Positions 19,214 to 30,221 are shown, numbered from the stretch's first letter. The stretch is 64,000 nucleotides of DNA from Candidatus Hadarchaeota archaeon (GCA_964384105.1 CAYLJV010000002.1:100687-164686); one strand, 5' to 3'. Numbers and translations are program-made. Notes: generated by a model from the sequence alone, not told the origin.

Positions 19214-20131
19214 ATGAGAACTGAAACCATGCAAGACATATTAGTAACTGGTGGAGCAGGATTTATCGGTTCCAACCTGGTCAGGAAGCTTTTAGAAAAT
19301 GGAAAAAATGTCACCGTAATTGACAATCTATCCACAGGAGCTCCAGAAAATCTTGGTGATTTAATAGACAAAATAGAACTGATAAAAAAGCCTTGTTCTG
19401 AAATTCCAACTCTGGATTTAGAGAACATCGATTCAATCTTCCATATTGGAATACCCTCAAGCTCACCTATGTATAGAGACAATCCTTTACTAGTAGGAAG
19501 CGCCATCAATGAATTTATAAAAATTATGGAACTTGCTAAAAAGACCGATTCTAAAGTGGTCTATGCCTCTAGCTCAAGCTTATACGGGAGATGCGAACCC
19601 CCTCACCAGGAAAACATGGAAATAGAAGCCTTCGACTACTACACAGAAGCTAGACTAGCTATGGAAAGACTCGCTAAAGTATACCATGAACTCCATGAAG
19701 TAAATTCTGTAGGAACACGATTTTTTTCCGTCTATGGTCCTCATGAAAAGAATAAAGGAAAATACGCAAACATTGTATCACAGTTTTATTGGAAGCTAAA
19801 AGAAGGGGAAAAGCCGAAGATTTACGGGGACGGGGAGCAGACCAGAGACTTTACTCACGTCAGCGATATTGTAAATATCTGCCTAAAAGCTATGGAAAAG
19901 AATCTTGGATACGAAATATTAAACGCAGGAACTGGAAAAGAAACGAGTTTCAATCAAGTGGTGGCTATTCTAAACGAAAAACTCGGAAAATCTATAGAAC
20001 CAATCCACGTAGAAAATCCAATAGAAAACTACGTACCTAGAACTTGTGCAGACTTAACTAAAATGAAAAAACTATTGGAATACGAACCTCAGGTAGAATT
20101 AAGAAAAGGGATAGAAAGTATAATGAATTAA
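19214..20131 (+). CDS. NAD-dependent nucleotide-sugar epimerase/dehydratase
   Basis: TGGAGFIGS, DNLSTG, ASSSSLYG, R.FSVYGP, GDGEQTRDF; the YxxxK motif reads YTEAR. Confidence 0.9.
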   Translation: MRTETMQDILVTGGAGFIGSNLVRKLLENGKNVTVIDNLSTGAPENLGDLIDKIELIKKPCSEIPTLDLENIDSIFHIGIPSSSPMYRDNPLLVGSAINEFIKIMELAKKTDSKVVYASSSSLYGRCEPPHQENMEIEAFDYYTEARLAMERLAKVYHELHEVNSVGTRFFSVYGPHEKNKGKYANIVSQFYWKLKEGEKPKIYGDGEQTRDFTHVSDIVNICLKAMEKNLGYEILNAGTGKETSFNQVVAILNEKLGKSIEPIHVENPIENYVPRTCADLTKMKKLLEYEPQVELRKGIESIMN

Positions 20132-20191
20132 TTTCTTCCCAAAAACAACTAATATTCAAAATTAAAGAACATCAAGAGGTGATGGTGAAAT

Positions 20192-20605
20192 ATGAAAATA
20201 CATTCTAAGGAAATAACTTTCTCTACAAATAGTCATAGAGAAGTCATCGATATGACTGACAAAGTAATGAACATCGCTAGAGAATCTGAAATAGAAAATG
20301 GAATACTAGTAGCCCAACTTCCCCATGCTACAGCCATGCTCGTACTGAATGAAAACGAGAGCGGGGTTAAAAAAGACCTCTTAAATAAATTAGATGAGTT
20401 TGCACCGCCACAAGCGGGATACAAACACGATAGAATTGACAGCAACGCTCATGCACATTTAAAAGCCGCACTTGTCGGATCCTCAAGAGTACTTCCTATA
20501 GTAGATGGGAAAGTCATAAAAGGCACCTGGCAGAGCTTCCTAGTAATAGAACAAGATGGCCCTCGTTCAAGACGAACTCTGTCAGTTCTAGTGATGGGAG
20601 AATAG
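20192..20605 (+). CDS. YjbQ/UPF0047 family protein
   Basis: HATA...NENE, Y.HD..D.NAHAHLKA, GTWQ...E.DGPR. Confidence 0.92.
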   Translation: MKIHSKEITFSTNSHREVIDMTDKVMNIARESEIENGILVAQLPHATAMLVLNENESGVKKDLLNKLDEFAPPQAGYKHDRIDSNAHAHLKAALVGSSRVLPIVDGKVIKGTWQSFLVIEQDGPRSRRTLSVLVMGE

Positions 20606-20620
20606 GGAAATCGGTTTCAG

Positions 20621-21226
20621 TTGGTTTTGATGGAGAGTTTAGAGAAACTTAATGAAAAGATTGTAAACTGCACAATGTGCGACCTGCACAAAAACCGCAC
20701 TAATGCAGTTCCTGGAGAAGGTCCAGAAGACGCTGATATAATGCTTATAGGGGAAGGACCTGGTTATCATGAGGATCAAAAAGGAAGACCGTTCGTGGGG
20801 AAAGCCGGCGAAGTTCTCACCGATCTGTTGGAAAAATCAAATCTAGAAAGAGAGGACGTTTTTATCGGGAATGTAATAAAATGCAGACCACCCGACAACA
20901 GAGACCCAACTAAAGAAGAAATTAAAAAATGCTCTCCATACTTAAAAAAGCAAATCCAACACATTAAGCCAAAACTCATAATTACACTAGGGCGGTTCGC
21001 ATCTAAATTACTGTTAGGCCGTTCGGTAAAGGTAAGCAAGGAACATGGAAAACTGTTAGACTGTGATTACGCTGGACTAAAATGTAAACTCTTTATTTCT
21101 TACCACCCAGCTGCGGCTCTTTATGGACCCGGTGCGGGAGAGAAGCTAGAAAAAGATTTCGGAAAACTAAAAGATATCCTAGAGGAACTAAAAGACTTCA
21201 AACCAACCCAACAGATGACTTTCTAG
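20621..21226 (+). CDS. udg: family 4 uracil-DNA glycosylase
   Basis: CxxC.L, GEGPG..ED..G.PFVG.AG, KCRPP.NR, YHPAA. Confidence 0.95.
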   Translation: MVLMESLEKLNEKIVNCTMCDLHKNRTNAVPGEGPEDADIMLIGEGPGYHEDQKGRPFVGKAGEVLTDLLEKSNLEREDVFIGNVIKCRPPDNRDPTKEEIKKCSPYLKKQIQHIKPKLIITLGRFASKLLLGRSVKVSKEHGKLLDCDYAGLKCKLFISYHPAAALYGPGAGEKLEKDFGKLKDILEELKDFKPTQQMTF

Positions 21227-21316
21227 ATTAGATTTTTTGAACCCTGTTGAGATCTTTAATTAGAACTCTCATTCCAAAGAAAAAAACGTCTGGCTGAATC
21301 AATAGAAAATCTGAAA

Positions 21317-21979
21317 TTATATATTAGTTAAATCCAAAAGATTTGCCTCTGTTTTTCTCACGATCTCCGAAGGAATGTCCAAAACCCTATCTGAACGCTC
21401 TATTATAATCCGATCACTTGAAGCAGAAACATCGACACCCCAGACTTCCGCATCCGTTCCTTTAGTAGTTCTCGCGCCACCTCCAAGACCTCTGTTCTCT
21501 AACTCTCTTCTTATTAAACCGGCCAACTCTCCACTTTTGCTAACCTGTTTATCGAAAAAGAAAAACACCTTTGCAGGTTTTAAATCCTCAAGAATATCAA
21601 GAATTTTAAAAACTGCGGGTTCAGTTGAATCAGATATTTTATATTTACCAAAGATAGCCTGTAAATCTCTTATAAATCCATCATCGCATTTTACTACCCT
21701 CTCCCCACTCATGACGCTTTCAACAGTAATTAGAACATTATAACCGTCGATACCTACATTGCGACCTTCCATCTCTCCAGGCTTAACCAGCCTTTTTCTA
21801 TGGTCGTTAATCTCATCTTCAGAAAACACACATCTAGTTAACAAGTGTCTATCATCCAAAACCAATTGATAATGGTCTGCTACGAACTTCACTGCCGAGC
21901 TCCGAGGATAACCCCTATTAAGTAAACATCTGAGATCCCGAATTGCTCTTTTTAGCTCATCTGAAAGCATCATTTTCAT
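21317..21979 (-). CDS. DUF434 domain (NYN/PIN-like) protein
   Basis: DL..LLNRGY, IDGYNVLIT.E, DGFIRDL, S.SGELA, SSD..II. Confidence 0.85.
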   Translation of the reverse strand: MKMMLSDELKRAIRDLRCLLNRGYPRSSAVKFVADHYQLVLDDRHLLTRCVFSEDEINDHRKRLVKPGEMEGRNVGIDGYNVLITVESVMSGERVVKCDDGFIRDLQAIFGKYKISDSTEPAVFKILDILEDLKPAKVFFFFDKQVSKSGELAGLIRRELENRGLGGGARTTKGTDAEVWGVDVSASSDRIIIERSDRVLDIPSEIVRKTEANLLDLTNI

Positions 21980-21988
21980 TTAAAGAGG

Positions 21989-24886
21989 CTATTCAACATA
22001 AATAGCCGGCTTATAGGGGAGAGACTTCCTCGCTTTGTTTTGAGGATCGTAACAGTTTGGATCATCTGCTTTGAAAACTTCAACTTTTTTAGCTCCGAAT
22101 TTTCCTCTTATGAAATCTGTCGCATCAGAAATAATCTCAAACTCATCTATGTCCTTTTCAGATATGATAGAGAGCTTATCTCTCGGCACCTGTCTGACCT
22201 CTTTAACAGCATCTTTGAAGAAATCAACCAAATCCTTAGGTGGAACATCCGAGAATTTCTCTCTTCCTACCTCCATCAATTCTCCTATGTTCACCTTACC
22301 TTCTCGAACCTGATCCATCACTACCTCATAAGCTTCTCGTTTCCATTCCTCGGAAATGTAAATGTAAATCCCATCGGGATCTTCAATTCTCGTAACTTCC
22401 AAAATCTTTCCAATATCCTTGCTTATATTATCCAGATAATCCTCACTGAACTCAGCAACTTTGTCAACGAACTCTTCTTCGACATCGGGCCACTTAGCTT
22501 TGGAAACAAAACCTTCTTTTCCCATTTGACTCCAGATTTCCTCGCATATATGAGGTACAAATGGAGCAAGTAATCTAACCCAAGAGTCAAATATTTTATT
22601 CAAAACCCAGTCTCGGGATTCTCCCTCATCTATTCTATTCAAATACCATCTAAGATCCTGCATCATTAAGAAAAAAGCATGTTGGGATGCCTTCCGAGTT
22701 TCAAAGTTCTCTAATCCATCCGTGGCCTTCCGAATATGAGTCTGCAACCGGCTTAAGATCCAGAGATCAGGAAGTTCAAGGTCCGGTTTTTCATCAAAAT
22801 TCGATTTCATCACCATTCGAGAATAATTGTAAAATCTGTCGAGGTGCTTTACCATCGCTTTCGCTTCTTGGACCTGCCAGTCAAAATCCTGCCAAGGTTC
22901 TACTCCAGAAGCAAGGTACAACCTCACCGCATCCGCCCCATATTGACTAGTTGCTTCATTTATGGGAATTATATTACCCTTTGAAGAAGACATTTTTTTG
23001 CCTTCAAGCAAAGCCATCCCGAAAGAAACTATACCTCTCGGCCACTTATCGGGATTGAAAAGAGCGACGTGATGGAATATATGGAAAGTTAGATGGTTGG
23101 ATATAAGTTCGTAAGCTGAAAGACGATAATCCAATGGGTACCAATATTCAACCTGTTCCCTCATTTTTCCCAGCTTTTCCTTTTCTATTCCCAAATTCTC
23201 CGATATTTCCTCTGGATAACCGATTCCCAAAAAGGTATAATCAAAAAATTCATCAGTTAACTTCTCCGGTTCAATGTCTTCCAGAATATGGGAAATAGTA
23301 TAGAATATCATATAGATAGTAGAATCACTTAATGATTCGATTATCCAGCTCTGGTCCCAAGGAGCGGGGGTTCCCATTCCAACTCTTCGGGTGCAAGGCC
23401 ACTCTTCGAGCCAATCGATTGTATACTCAAACTGAGCCCTGGTTTTCGAAGGCACCAGATCCATTTCAGACAGACAATCCTTCGCTTTCATTTTCCAGCC
23501 TTCGTTCGAATAATTCAAAAACCACTGATCCTCGACCACTTTAACTAGACACTTTGTTCCACAACGACAGATAACAGGTTTTTTGGAAAACTCATACATC
23601 GACGAACCTTCACCAGAAATAGAGAGTTCACTATGAACCTCATCCTTAGCTTCGGATACACTCATACCGGAATAATCCGGCACCCAACCTCTAAGTACAC
23701 CTTCGGAAAATTCCTTTTGGTAAACTTCCTCAGTAGCCTCTTTTAGGCGAGGGTCATCCTGGCTTTCTATCCCCTCTCTTTTAACAACATCAACCGCTGG
23801 AGATTCCCCATAATCTGGGTGTTCTATTAAAGAAATTGGCTCAATATTCCCAATATCTTCCGGACTTAACTCAAATTTCTCCAAAAAATCAGGATCCTTC
23901 TGAAGTTCAACCAAAGCGATATAATCATAGGGTGCATGAGCTGGAACCGAATAAACGATTCCGGTCGCATTGCCCGGATCAACGAATCTAGCCGGCAATA
24001 TTGGTATCTTCCTATCTATTAAAGGGGCCTCAGCTTCTTTTCCAATTAACTGGTCTTGAAGCTTTTCGACATTTCCTATATCAAAACCCTGATTTTCCAA
24101 CTTCGTTAAGCCTTCTTCACTCACTACCCACTTCTCAGAATTAACCTCAGCAACCACATAATCTACTTCCGGGTTCATCCAAAGATTAGTGACCCCAAAA
24201 ATAGTTTCGGGACGAAGGGTAGCTGCGGGAAGTATATATTCATCGACCTTGTATTTGAGCAAAGAATACTCAACTATGTCCACCCCCTCACCTTCTAATA
24301 AATCGTGATCGGTAACAGGATTCTCATCACTAGGACACCACTTGACGGGGTGAGCCCCCTTACTGACTAAATCCATATCCATCAACTTATGATATTGCCA
24401 CGTGATGAACTTCTTGTAATGTTCATCGATCGTTCTGAATTCTCGACGCCAGTCTATAGAATAACCAAGCATCTTCATGCCACTTTTATAACTCAAGGTG
24501 CTTTTCTCTGCGAAGTAGTCCCCAAAATATTCGGGATCCTCGAACTTTGGAATCTCTTCTTCATTGACCCCGTAGAGTCCAGTAAGAGTATCCAAGAGAT
24601 CTTTGTCTCTGTTCTCAACTCTTTTAGAAGCCCCAACTAAAGGAGTCCCAGTATAATGAAACGCCATTGGGAAAAGAACATTAAATCCTTGCATTCTCTT
24701 GTATCTAGCGATTATATCTGGGATAGTATACGTTCTGGCGTGACCAACATGCATAGGACCGGAAACATAAGGATAGGCAACTGTTAGAAAGAACTTAGGT
24801 TTATCACTATCTGGTTCGGCCTCAAAAGCATTCTTCTCTTTCCAGACATTTTGCCATTTTTTATCTACTTCTTTCCAATTAACCAT
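21989..24886 (-). CDS. leuS: leucyl-tRNA synthetase (archaeal type)
   Basis: YPY..G.MHVGH (HIGH), ATLRPET, SVPAHAPYD, ESLSDSTIYM, KMSSS. Confidence 0.97.
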   Translation of the reverse strand: MVNWKEVDKKWQNVWKEKNAFEAEPDSDKPKFFLTVAYPYVSGPMHVGHARTYTIPDIIARYKRMQGFNVLFPMAFHYTGTPLVGASKRVENRDKDLLDTLTGLYGVNEEEIPKFEDPEYFGDYFAEKSTLSYKSGMKMLGYSIDWRREFRTIDEHYKKFITWQYHKLMDMDLVSKGAHPVKWCPSDENPVTDHDLLEGEGVDIVEYSLLKYKVDEYILPAATLRPETIFGVTNLWMNPEVDYVVAEVNSEKWVVSEEGLTKLENQGFDIGNVEKLQDQLIGKEAEAPLIDRKIPILPARFVDPGNATGIVYSVPAHAPYDYIALVELQKDPDFLEKFELSPEDIGNIEPISLIEHPDYGESPAVDVVKREGIESQDDPRLKEATEEVYQKEFSEGVLRGWVPDYSGMSVSEAKDEVHSELSISGEGSSMYEFSKKPVICRCGTKCLVKVVEDQWFLNYSNEGWKMKAKDCLSEMDLVPSKTRAQFEYTIDWLEEWPCTRRVGMGTPAPWDQSWIIESLSDSTIYMIFYTISHILEDIEPEKLTDEFFDYTFLGIGYPEEISENLGIEKEKLGKMREQVEYWYPLDYRLSAYELISNHLTFHIFHHVALFNPDKWPRGIVSFGMALLEGKKMSSSKGNIIPINEATSQYGADAVRLYLASGVEPWQDFDWQVQEAKAMVKHLDRFYNYSRMVMKSNFDEKPDLELPDLWILSRLQTHIRKATDGLENFETRKASQHAFFLMMQDLRWYLNRIDEGESRDWVLNKIFDSWVRLLAPFVPHICEEIWSQMGKEGFVSKAKWPDVEEEFVDKVAEFSEDYLDNISKDIGKILEVTRIEDPDGIYIYISEEWKREAYEVVMDQVREGKVNIGELMEVGREKFSDVPPKDLVDFFKDAVKEVRQVPRDKLSIISEKDIDEFEIISDATDFIRGKFGAKKVEVFKADDPNCYDPQNKARKSLPYKPAIYVE

Positions 24887-27631
24887 CTAACTACCTCTCA
24901 ACTGTCTCTTACAGATATCAAACGCTTTTTTAGTAGCTTCTTCAAGTTTTTCTACCTTATCACCGCCACCCTGTCCCATCGAAGGCTTTCCACCTCCGCC
25001 TCCGCCGAGTATTTTTGCAGCATCCGAGGCAATTTCTCCGCAATTTACCCCTTTTTCGAGAGCACCTTCACCAGCCATTACTAATATAGTAGCCGATTCA
25101 TTCGCAGTTCCCAATATTACAACCATATCTTTATTTTCTTTGGTAAGAATCTCTCCGATCTCGACCAGTTCATCGATATCCCCGCTTTCGAGAGCCTCTA
25201 CTACTACTTTAGTATCTCCCACCGCTCTAGAGGCTGATTTCAGCTCCTTTGCCCTAATTTCGGCCAGCCTGCTTTTGAGAGAATCTATCTCTTTTTCAGC
25301 AGATTTCCACTGATCAAAAAGCTTCTTAACAGCAGAATCTACTTCTCCAGGACTTGATCTCAGAACCTCCGAGGCTTCTTTGACTTTTTGTTCTTGATCC
25401 TGGATAGCTTCCAGAACGGGCTTCCCCGAAGCGAAAATCAATCTTTCAACACCATCCTGTATTCTTTCCCTACCGATTATCTTTATCAGCCCTACTTCCC
25501 CGGTCTTAGTACAGTGGGTTCCAGCGCAAGCTTGGGCATTCCAATCGACTATATCAACTATCCTTATTTCCCTACCCGGAACTACCCCACCCTGATACAG
25601 AGAATGACCGTACTCTCGCTCTGCCTCGTTCCGTTCCATCCAAAAAGAATTGACATCTCTGTTCTCGAAAACGATCTCGTTAGCCAATTTCTCTACTTCT
25701 CTAAGCTCATCATCAGAAATCCTCTTGAAATGAGTTACATCCAATCTAGAACTTTCCTCACCCTTTTGCACACCGTGCTGCCAGACGTGGTCTCCCAGAA
25801 GATGTCTTAGTGCACCCAAAAGTATGTGGGTAGCCGTATGATGTCTCATGAAAGCACTTCTTCTCTCCCAATCCAACTCCCCCTCTACATTCTGACCGTT
25901 CTTTATTTCATTCGAATCTACTTTATGCAAAACGATATTATCCTTCTTCTGGACATCTAAAACTTCAAATTCCATCCCATCTATTCTTAAAACCCCTTTA
26001 TCGGCGGGTTGACCGCCACCTTCGGGATAAAAAGCGGTCCGGTCTAATACCACATAACCTTCCTGCACATCAAGAATCTTTGCTTCAAATTTCTTTTTAT
26101 GCGGGTTACTATAATAGAGAGCTTCTGTATCAGGTAAATCCGTTAAATCTATATTCTTTGGAAGTTTAGATTTATCTTCAATTGATTTCTCAGAATGAGA
26201 ATGGGACTCAGCTACTTTAGCGTAGAAATCATCCTTTAGATCAACATCAACCCCCTCCTCGTTAGCTACTTCTTTAACTATCTCAGGGGGAAGTCCATGA
26301 CTATCATAGAGCTCAATTAATTTCTCCGAGGGTATGATAGACTTATTTTTTTTCTTTAAGGAAGAAGACAACCTTTTAACTCTCCTCCTCCCCTGTTCCA
26401 AAGTGTCGAAATATCTTTGTTCCTCCAAATCAACGACTTCCAGAATATAATCTTTCTTTTGGTCAAGTTCGGGAAAATCCGGAACCAACTGTTTTAGCTC
26501 CATAGCCATCAATTCCGACAGTGGCTCTTCTAAATCCAAATCTTGCATCAGCCTCATGGTGCGTCTGAGTACCAGCCGGGACAGATAACCTCCTCCTTCG
26601 TTACTGGGCGTGATACCATCCCCGAACATAAAAGCTAGGCATCTGAGATGGTCCGCTATAGCGTAAACATTTTCCAACGGAACCAGTAACCGGTTTAGCT
26701 CTTCGACTTCAACACCTGTGGCCTCACTAACTCTTGAGCGAAGCATATTCAGGTCACGGCCTGTTTCTATATCCATAAGTCCAGCGAGCTTGGAATGTTT
26801 TTCTAAAATATCTTCGGGCGGTAGTGAAACTCCCGCTATCTCCCTTAAATCAGAAACAATAGGACCAAAGATAGCTTCATAACTAGTTGGAGTACCCTGA
26901 GAAGCCCAAACCAATCTCTCAATACCGTAACCAGTATCCACTATCTTCAAGGGCAATTCGTAGCGTTCCCCATTTTCTATCCCATAGTGCATGAACACTA
27001 GAGTCGACAGTTCCAACCCCGACACATTGACCTCTAAGTCCTCTCCGGCATTGCCTCCTCCCTCCCAAAAATCTTCGACATATGTTATCTCAACCGGATC
27101 TATTCCCAAAGCCCCTGTAAGAAACTCGTGACAAAAAGCCACCGTTTCATCTGTCCAATAAACGTGATTATTCTTGGAATTGAAAGCATGGTGACCGCCC
27201 ATAAAAAAAAGCGTAGTATGTCTCCCAGATCTTCCCACATTATCTATATCATTAAGTCGAATGCTGGGCTGGCTTATCACCAAAGGATTGGCGGGAGGGG
27301 GAGCTTCTCCACTAGTCACCCACGGTTGAAAATCTGCTATCGAAGCAATAGTAAGGTAAATATCATCACGCCACCTTGCAACAACAGGATATCGAGATAT
27401 TCGGGTATGATCTTTTTTCTCGAAAAAACTCAGAAATTCCTCTTCCATCTCTGATAGGTTGTAATTTTTTTCTATAGGGGGATTGTCGATAAAAGTATAC
27501 TCGTCACAAGGTGTATCACCACAAGTATCCTTCTCCGGGTCTAGAGTCCAAAAAGCTCTACCACAGCTTTTACAGACCTTTCTGTTGAAATCCTTTTCTC
27601 GAAAGATATCTGTTTCATATATATTACTCAT
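24887..27631 (-). CDS. alaS: alanyl-tRNA synthetase (archaeal type)
   Basis: YPVVARWRDD, W.GGGNAG, DTGYG.ER, DHLR, HTATH and CAGTH editing motifs, GGGGG C-Ala; ATG at 27631. Confidence 0.97.
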   Translation of the reverse strand: MSNIYETDIFREKDFNRKVCKSCGRAFWTLDPEKDTCGDTPCDEYTFIDNPPIEKNYNLSEMEEEFLSFFEKKDHTRISRYPVVARWRDDIYLTIASIADFQPWVTSGEAPPPANPLVISQPSIRLNDIDNVGRSGRHTTLFFMGGHHAFNSKNNHVYWTDETVAFCHEFLTGALGIDPVEITYVEDFWEGGGNAGEDLEVNVSGLELSTLVFMHYGIENGERYELPLKIVDTGYGIERLVWASQGTPTSYEAIFGPIVSDLREIAGVSLPPEDILEKHSKLAGLMDIETGRDLNMLRSRVSEATGVEVEELNRLLVPLENVYAIADHLRCLAFMFGDGITPSNEGGGYLSRLVLRRTMRLMQDLDLEEPLSELMAMELKQLVPDFPELDQKKDYILEVVDLEEQRYFDTLEQGRRRVKRLSSSLKKKNKSIIPSEKLIELYDSHGLPPEIVKEVANEEGVDVDLKDDFYAKVAESHSHSEKSIEDKSKLPKNIDLTDLPDTEALYYSNPHKKKFEAKILDVQEGYVVLDRTAFYPEGGGQPADKGVLRIDGMEFEVLDVQKKDNIVLHKVDSNEIKNGQNVEGELDWERRSAFMRHHTATHILLGALRHLLGDHVWQHGVQKGEESSRLDVTHFKRISDDELREVEKLANEIVFENRDVNSFWMERNEAEREYGHSLYQGGVVPGREIRIVDIVDWNAQACAGTHCTKTGEVGLIKIIGRERIQDGVERLIFASGKPVLEAIQDQEQKVKEASEVLRSSPGEVDSAVKKLFDQWKSAEKEIDSLKSRLAEIRAKELKSASRAVGDTKVVVEALESGDIDELVEIGEILTKENKDMVVILGTANESATILVMAGEGALEKGVNCGEIASDAAKILGGGGGGKPSMGQGGGDKVEKLEEATKKAFDICKRQLRGS

Positions 27632-27703
27632 ACTGGTCCCTACAGTGCAAATATGCGAGTTCTCGTAAAAGAACTTCTCCAAAAATCGGGAAGAATTTCA
27701 CAA

Positions 27704-28018
27704 TTAACCGAAGAGTTCACCAAGACCAGCTACTTCTTCTTCCTCTTCCTCTTCTTCTGCTTCTTCGGCTTCTTCCTCTTCGGGAGCCTTTTCCTTCTCT
27801 TCCTCTTTGGAAGGCGCTGCTGGTGCTGGAGCCGCTGACGCTGCTGCCGCAGATTCGATAGCTTCTTCAATATCCAAGCCTTCTAGTGACGCAACCAAAG
27901 CCTTAACTCTAGCTTCGTCTACCTCTGCACCTGCAGCCTTAAGCACTTTTGAAACCTTATCTTCGTTTATTTCCTTACCCACAGAATGCAATATCATCGC
28001 AGCATATACGTATTCCAT
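27704..28018 (-). CDS. rpl12: ribosomal stalk protein P1 (L12)
   Basis: MEYVYAA..LH, Ala-rich hinge, acidic tail GLG.LFG. Confidence 0.97.
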   Translation of the reverse strand: MEYVYAAMILHSVGKEINEDKVSKVLKAAGAEVDEARVKALVASLEGLDIEEAIESAAAASAAPAPAAPSKEEEKEKAPEEEEAEEAEEEEEEEEVAGLGELFG

Positions 28019-28034
28019 TTAAATTACACCTCCA

Positions 28035-29075
28035 TTAGTCAAACAAACCACCTAATCCTGCTGATGGCTCTTCTTCCTCTTCTTCGATTTTTTCCTCTTC
28101 AGGAGCTTTTTCCTTTTCTTCCTCTTTAGGTTTTCCCTCTTCTTTAATTTTTTCAGCAGGTTTTTGAGCAGAAACTATTGAACTCAATTCCTCATCGAGC
28201 GCATCCGGGTCCAAAGACCCAAGATTTGATGCTAAGCTCAGCATTTCCGAATGAGCTTTGTTCAAAATCTGAGGTATGGTATCGGAATTGAATATGGAAG
28301 CGTTAAAAGCCAAATTCCTTGCCTGATTGTAAGCCCGATTTATAAATATAGGTAGATTCTGCTTAGTCGGGAATCTTATCTCTAGTGAAAGATTCATGGA
28401 ATTCATATATGCAGCTTGTAACTCACCAAGAACTTTCTCCTCGTCTATTACCAGCATATCTCCCGGGAAGACCGTCCCATCCTCGTAGGCAGCTTTAAGT
28501 TCAAATCCTATTTCTCTCGGCTCGATTCCAAATCTAGAGAGTACTCCCGCCACTTCTTCTGAAATAGGCTCACCCTCCTCAACAATCTTGGAATCTTCGG
28601 TAACCACGACCTTTCCTGCCTGGATTCTAGCCTTAACTCCCGCCTGCTGAAGTTCGCTAATAACCGGCCCAGGAGAGAATTCTGTATCACCCTTCGGAAT
28701 AACTATATCCTCTGGCGACTCCATTCCTACCTTCGCTGGGGCATTAGTTTTATTCTCATCAAGCAATCTCCAGAGTTTAAAAGGATTCATATCAGTGAAA
28801 ACTAGAGCACAAGGACCTTCAAGATAGTTAATTATTTCTTCGAGCCCTTGAAAATCTTTACCAACTTTCTCTATCGCTATCTTTAATAAAACCCTTCTAC
28901 TCACCTTTATTTCAGCCTTTCCCCTAAGAATCTCTCTAATTTGCTGAAACTGGGGGGCTGGGATACCGGAAATATTCATAACTCCTACTACGGAGTAATT
29001 CTCAAACTTTTCGAGCAACTCATCGATTAACTCTTTCTTCCACTGGGCGACACTGGCTTCGTGAACAGATGCCAT
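28035..29075 (-). CDS. rpl10: ribosomal protein uL10 (P0)
   Basis: WK, NPFKL, T.F.PGP, acidic tail GLGGLF. Confidence 0.96.
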   Translation of the reverse strand: MASVHEASVAQWKKELIDELLEKFENYSVVGVMNISGIPAPQFQQIREILRGKAEIKVSRRVLLKIAIEKVGKDFQGLEEIINYLEGPCALVFTDMNPFKLWRLLDENKTNAPAKVGMESPEDIVIPKGDTEFSPGPVISELQQAGVKARIQAGKVVVTEDSKIVEEGEPISEEVAGVLSRFGIEPREIGFELKAAYEDGTVFPGDMLVIDEEKVLGELQAAYMNSMNLSLEIRFPTKQNLPIFINRAYNQARNLAFNASIFNSDTIPQILNKAHSEMLSLASNLGSLDPDALDEELSSIVSAQKPAEKIKEEGKPKEEEKEKAPEEEKIEEEEEEPSAGLGGLFD

Positions 29076-29076
29076 C

Positions 29077-29730
29077 TCAGTTCACCCCCAAAGAAACCGG
29101 TTTACCCATGGTGGTTTTAAGCGTGACTGAATTAATCTGTCTAGGACCTTTAGGAAGCTTGGAAGATAAGAAATCCAAGACGACCTTCACATTTTCGGCT
29201 ATTTCCTCATCAGGCATATCCTCCCTGCCAACAGGCAAGTTAGCAGCGGGATTTTCCCTAACGCTGACACGAACCGTATTTCTTGATCGGGCTATGTATT
29301 TAGAAGGATCCTCAGTCGGAGGAACCGCCTGCGGCATCTTACCCCTAGGACCAAGAACGGGACCCAGTTCTTTACCTACGATCGGCATAAAATCCGCCTG
29401 AGCCAAGAAAGAATTATACTCGTCAGCAATCTTTTTTGCCTCGGATTTATCACTTCCTAAACTCACTAGTTCATCTTTATCGAAGACTCTATCCGCACCC
29501 GCCTTTTCGGCCCTTTCAGCGAGTTCGCCACTCGCGAATACCGCGATTTTTTGCTCCTTTCCTGTTCCATGCGGCAAAGATATCTCCTCATTTATCCTAT
29601 TCTCGGGATTAGACAAATCCAAATCGGATACACCAACGGATAAATCAAAACTCTGGGTAAAATTCCTGTCGGTACTTTTCTCCTTTGCCTCTTTAACCAC
29701 TTCTAATATTTCTTCTTCCGAAAATTCCAT
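29077..29730 (-). CDS. rpl1: ribosomal protein uL1
   Basis: RNFTQS.DL, LPHG, LGPVLGPRGKMP, KTTMG. Confidence 0.97.
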   Translation of the reverse strand: MEFSEEEILEVVKEAKEKSTDRNFTQSFDLSVGVSDLDLSNPENRINEEISLPHGTGKEQKIAVFASGELAERAEKAGADRVFDKDELVSLGSDKSEAKKIADEYNSFLAQADFMPIVGKELGPVLGPRGKMPQAVPPTEDPSKYIARSRNTVRVSVRENPAANLPVGREDMPDEEIAENVKVVLDFLSSKLPKGPRQINSVTLKTTMGKPVSLGVN

Positions 29731-29735
29731 TCAAA

Positions 29736-30221
29736 TCACCTCTCTTCCAACACATCATCATATTTTCCTTCATCAATATCTTTTTGCAATTCTCGAGCTG
29801 GCTTACCCTCTCCATAGACACCCATACTTACACAGGCACCGAGAACTTCTTTTACAGCATTTTTCTTATTTTTAGCTAAAATAGAATTTTCCTTTTGTTC
29901 AGCAATCTTAATCAGTTGAGGCACAGAAAGATCACCCACAGGAGCGTCCTCCAAGCTACTGCTCCCCTTATCGATACCAAGCTCTTTTTTAATCAAAGCT
30001 GTCGTAGGTGGCGATCCCACCTCGACTTCAAACTCCCCACTTTCTGTATCGACTATCACCTTCACGGGAACTGTCATCCCATCGTACGAAGAAGTTTCTT
30101 TATTGATTCTCGCCACTACTTCACCAACGTTTATGCCTAATGGCCCCAATGCGGGACCGAGCGGCGGACCAGCGGACGCCTTTCCGCCTTCCACTAATGC
30201 TTCAATTACTTCTTCTCCCAT
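29736..30221 (-). CDS. rpl11: ribosomal protein uL11
   Basis: GGKA.AGPPLGPALGP.G.N, PPT.ALIKKELG. Confidence 0.97.
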   Translation of the reverse strand: MGEEVIEALVEGGKASAGPPLGPALGPLGINVGEVVARINKETSSYDGMTVPVKVIVDTESGEFEVEVGSPPTTALIKKELGIDKGSSSLEDAPVGDLSVPQLIKIAEQKENSILAKNKKNAVKEVLGACVSMGVYGEGKPARELQKDIDEGKYDDVLEER

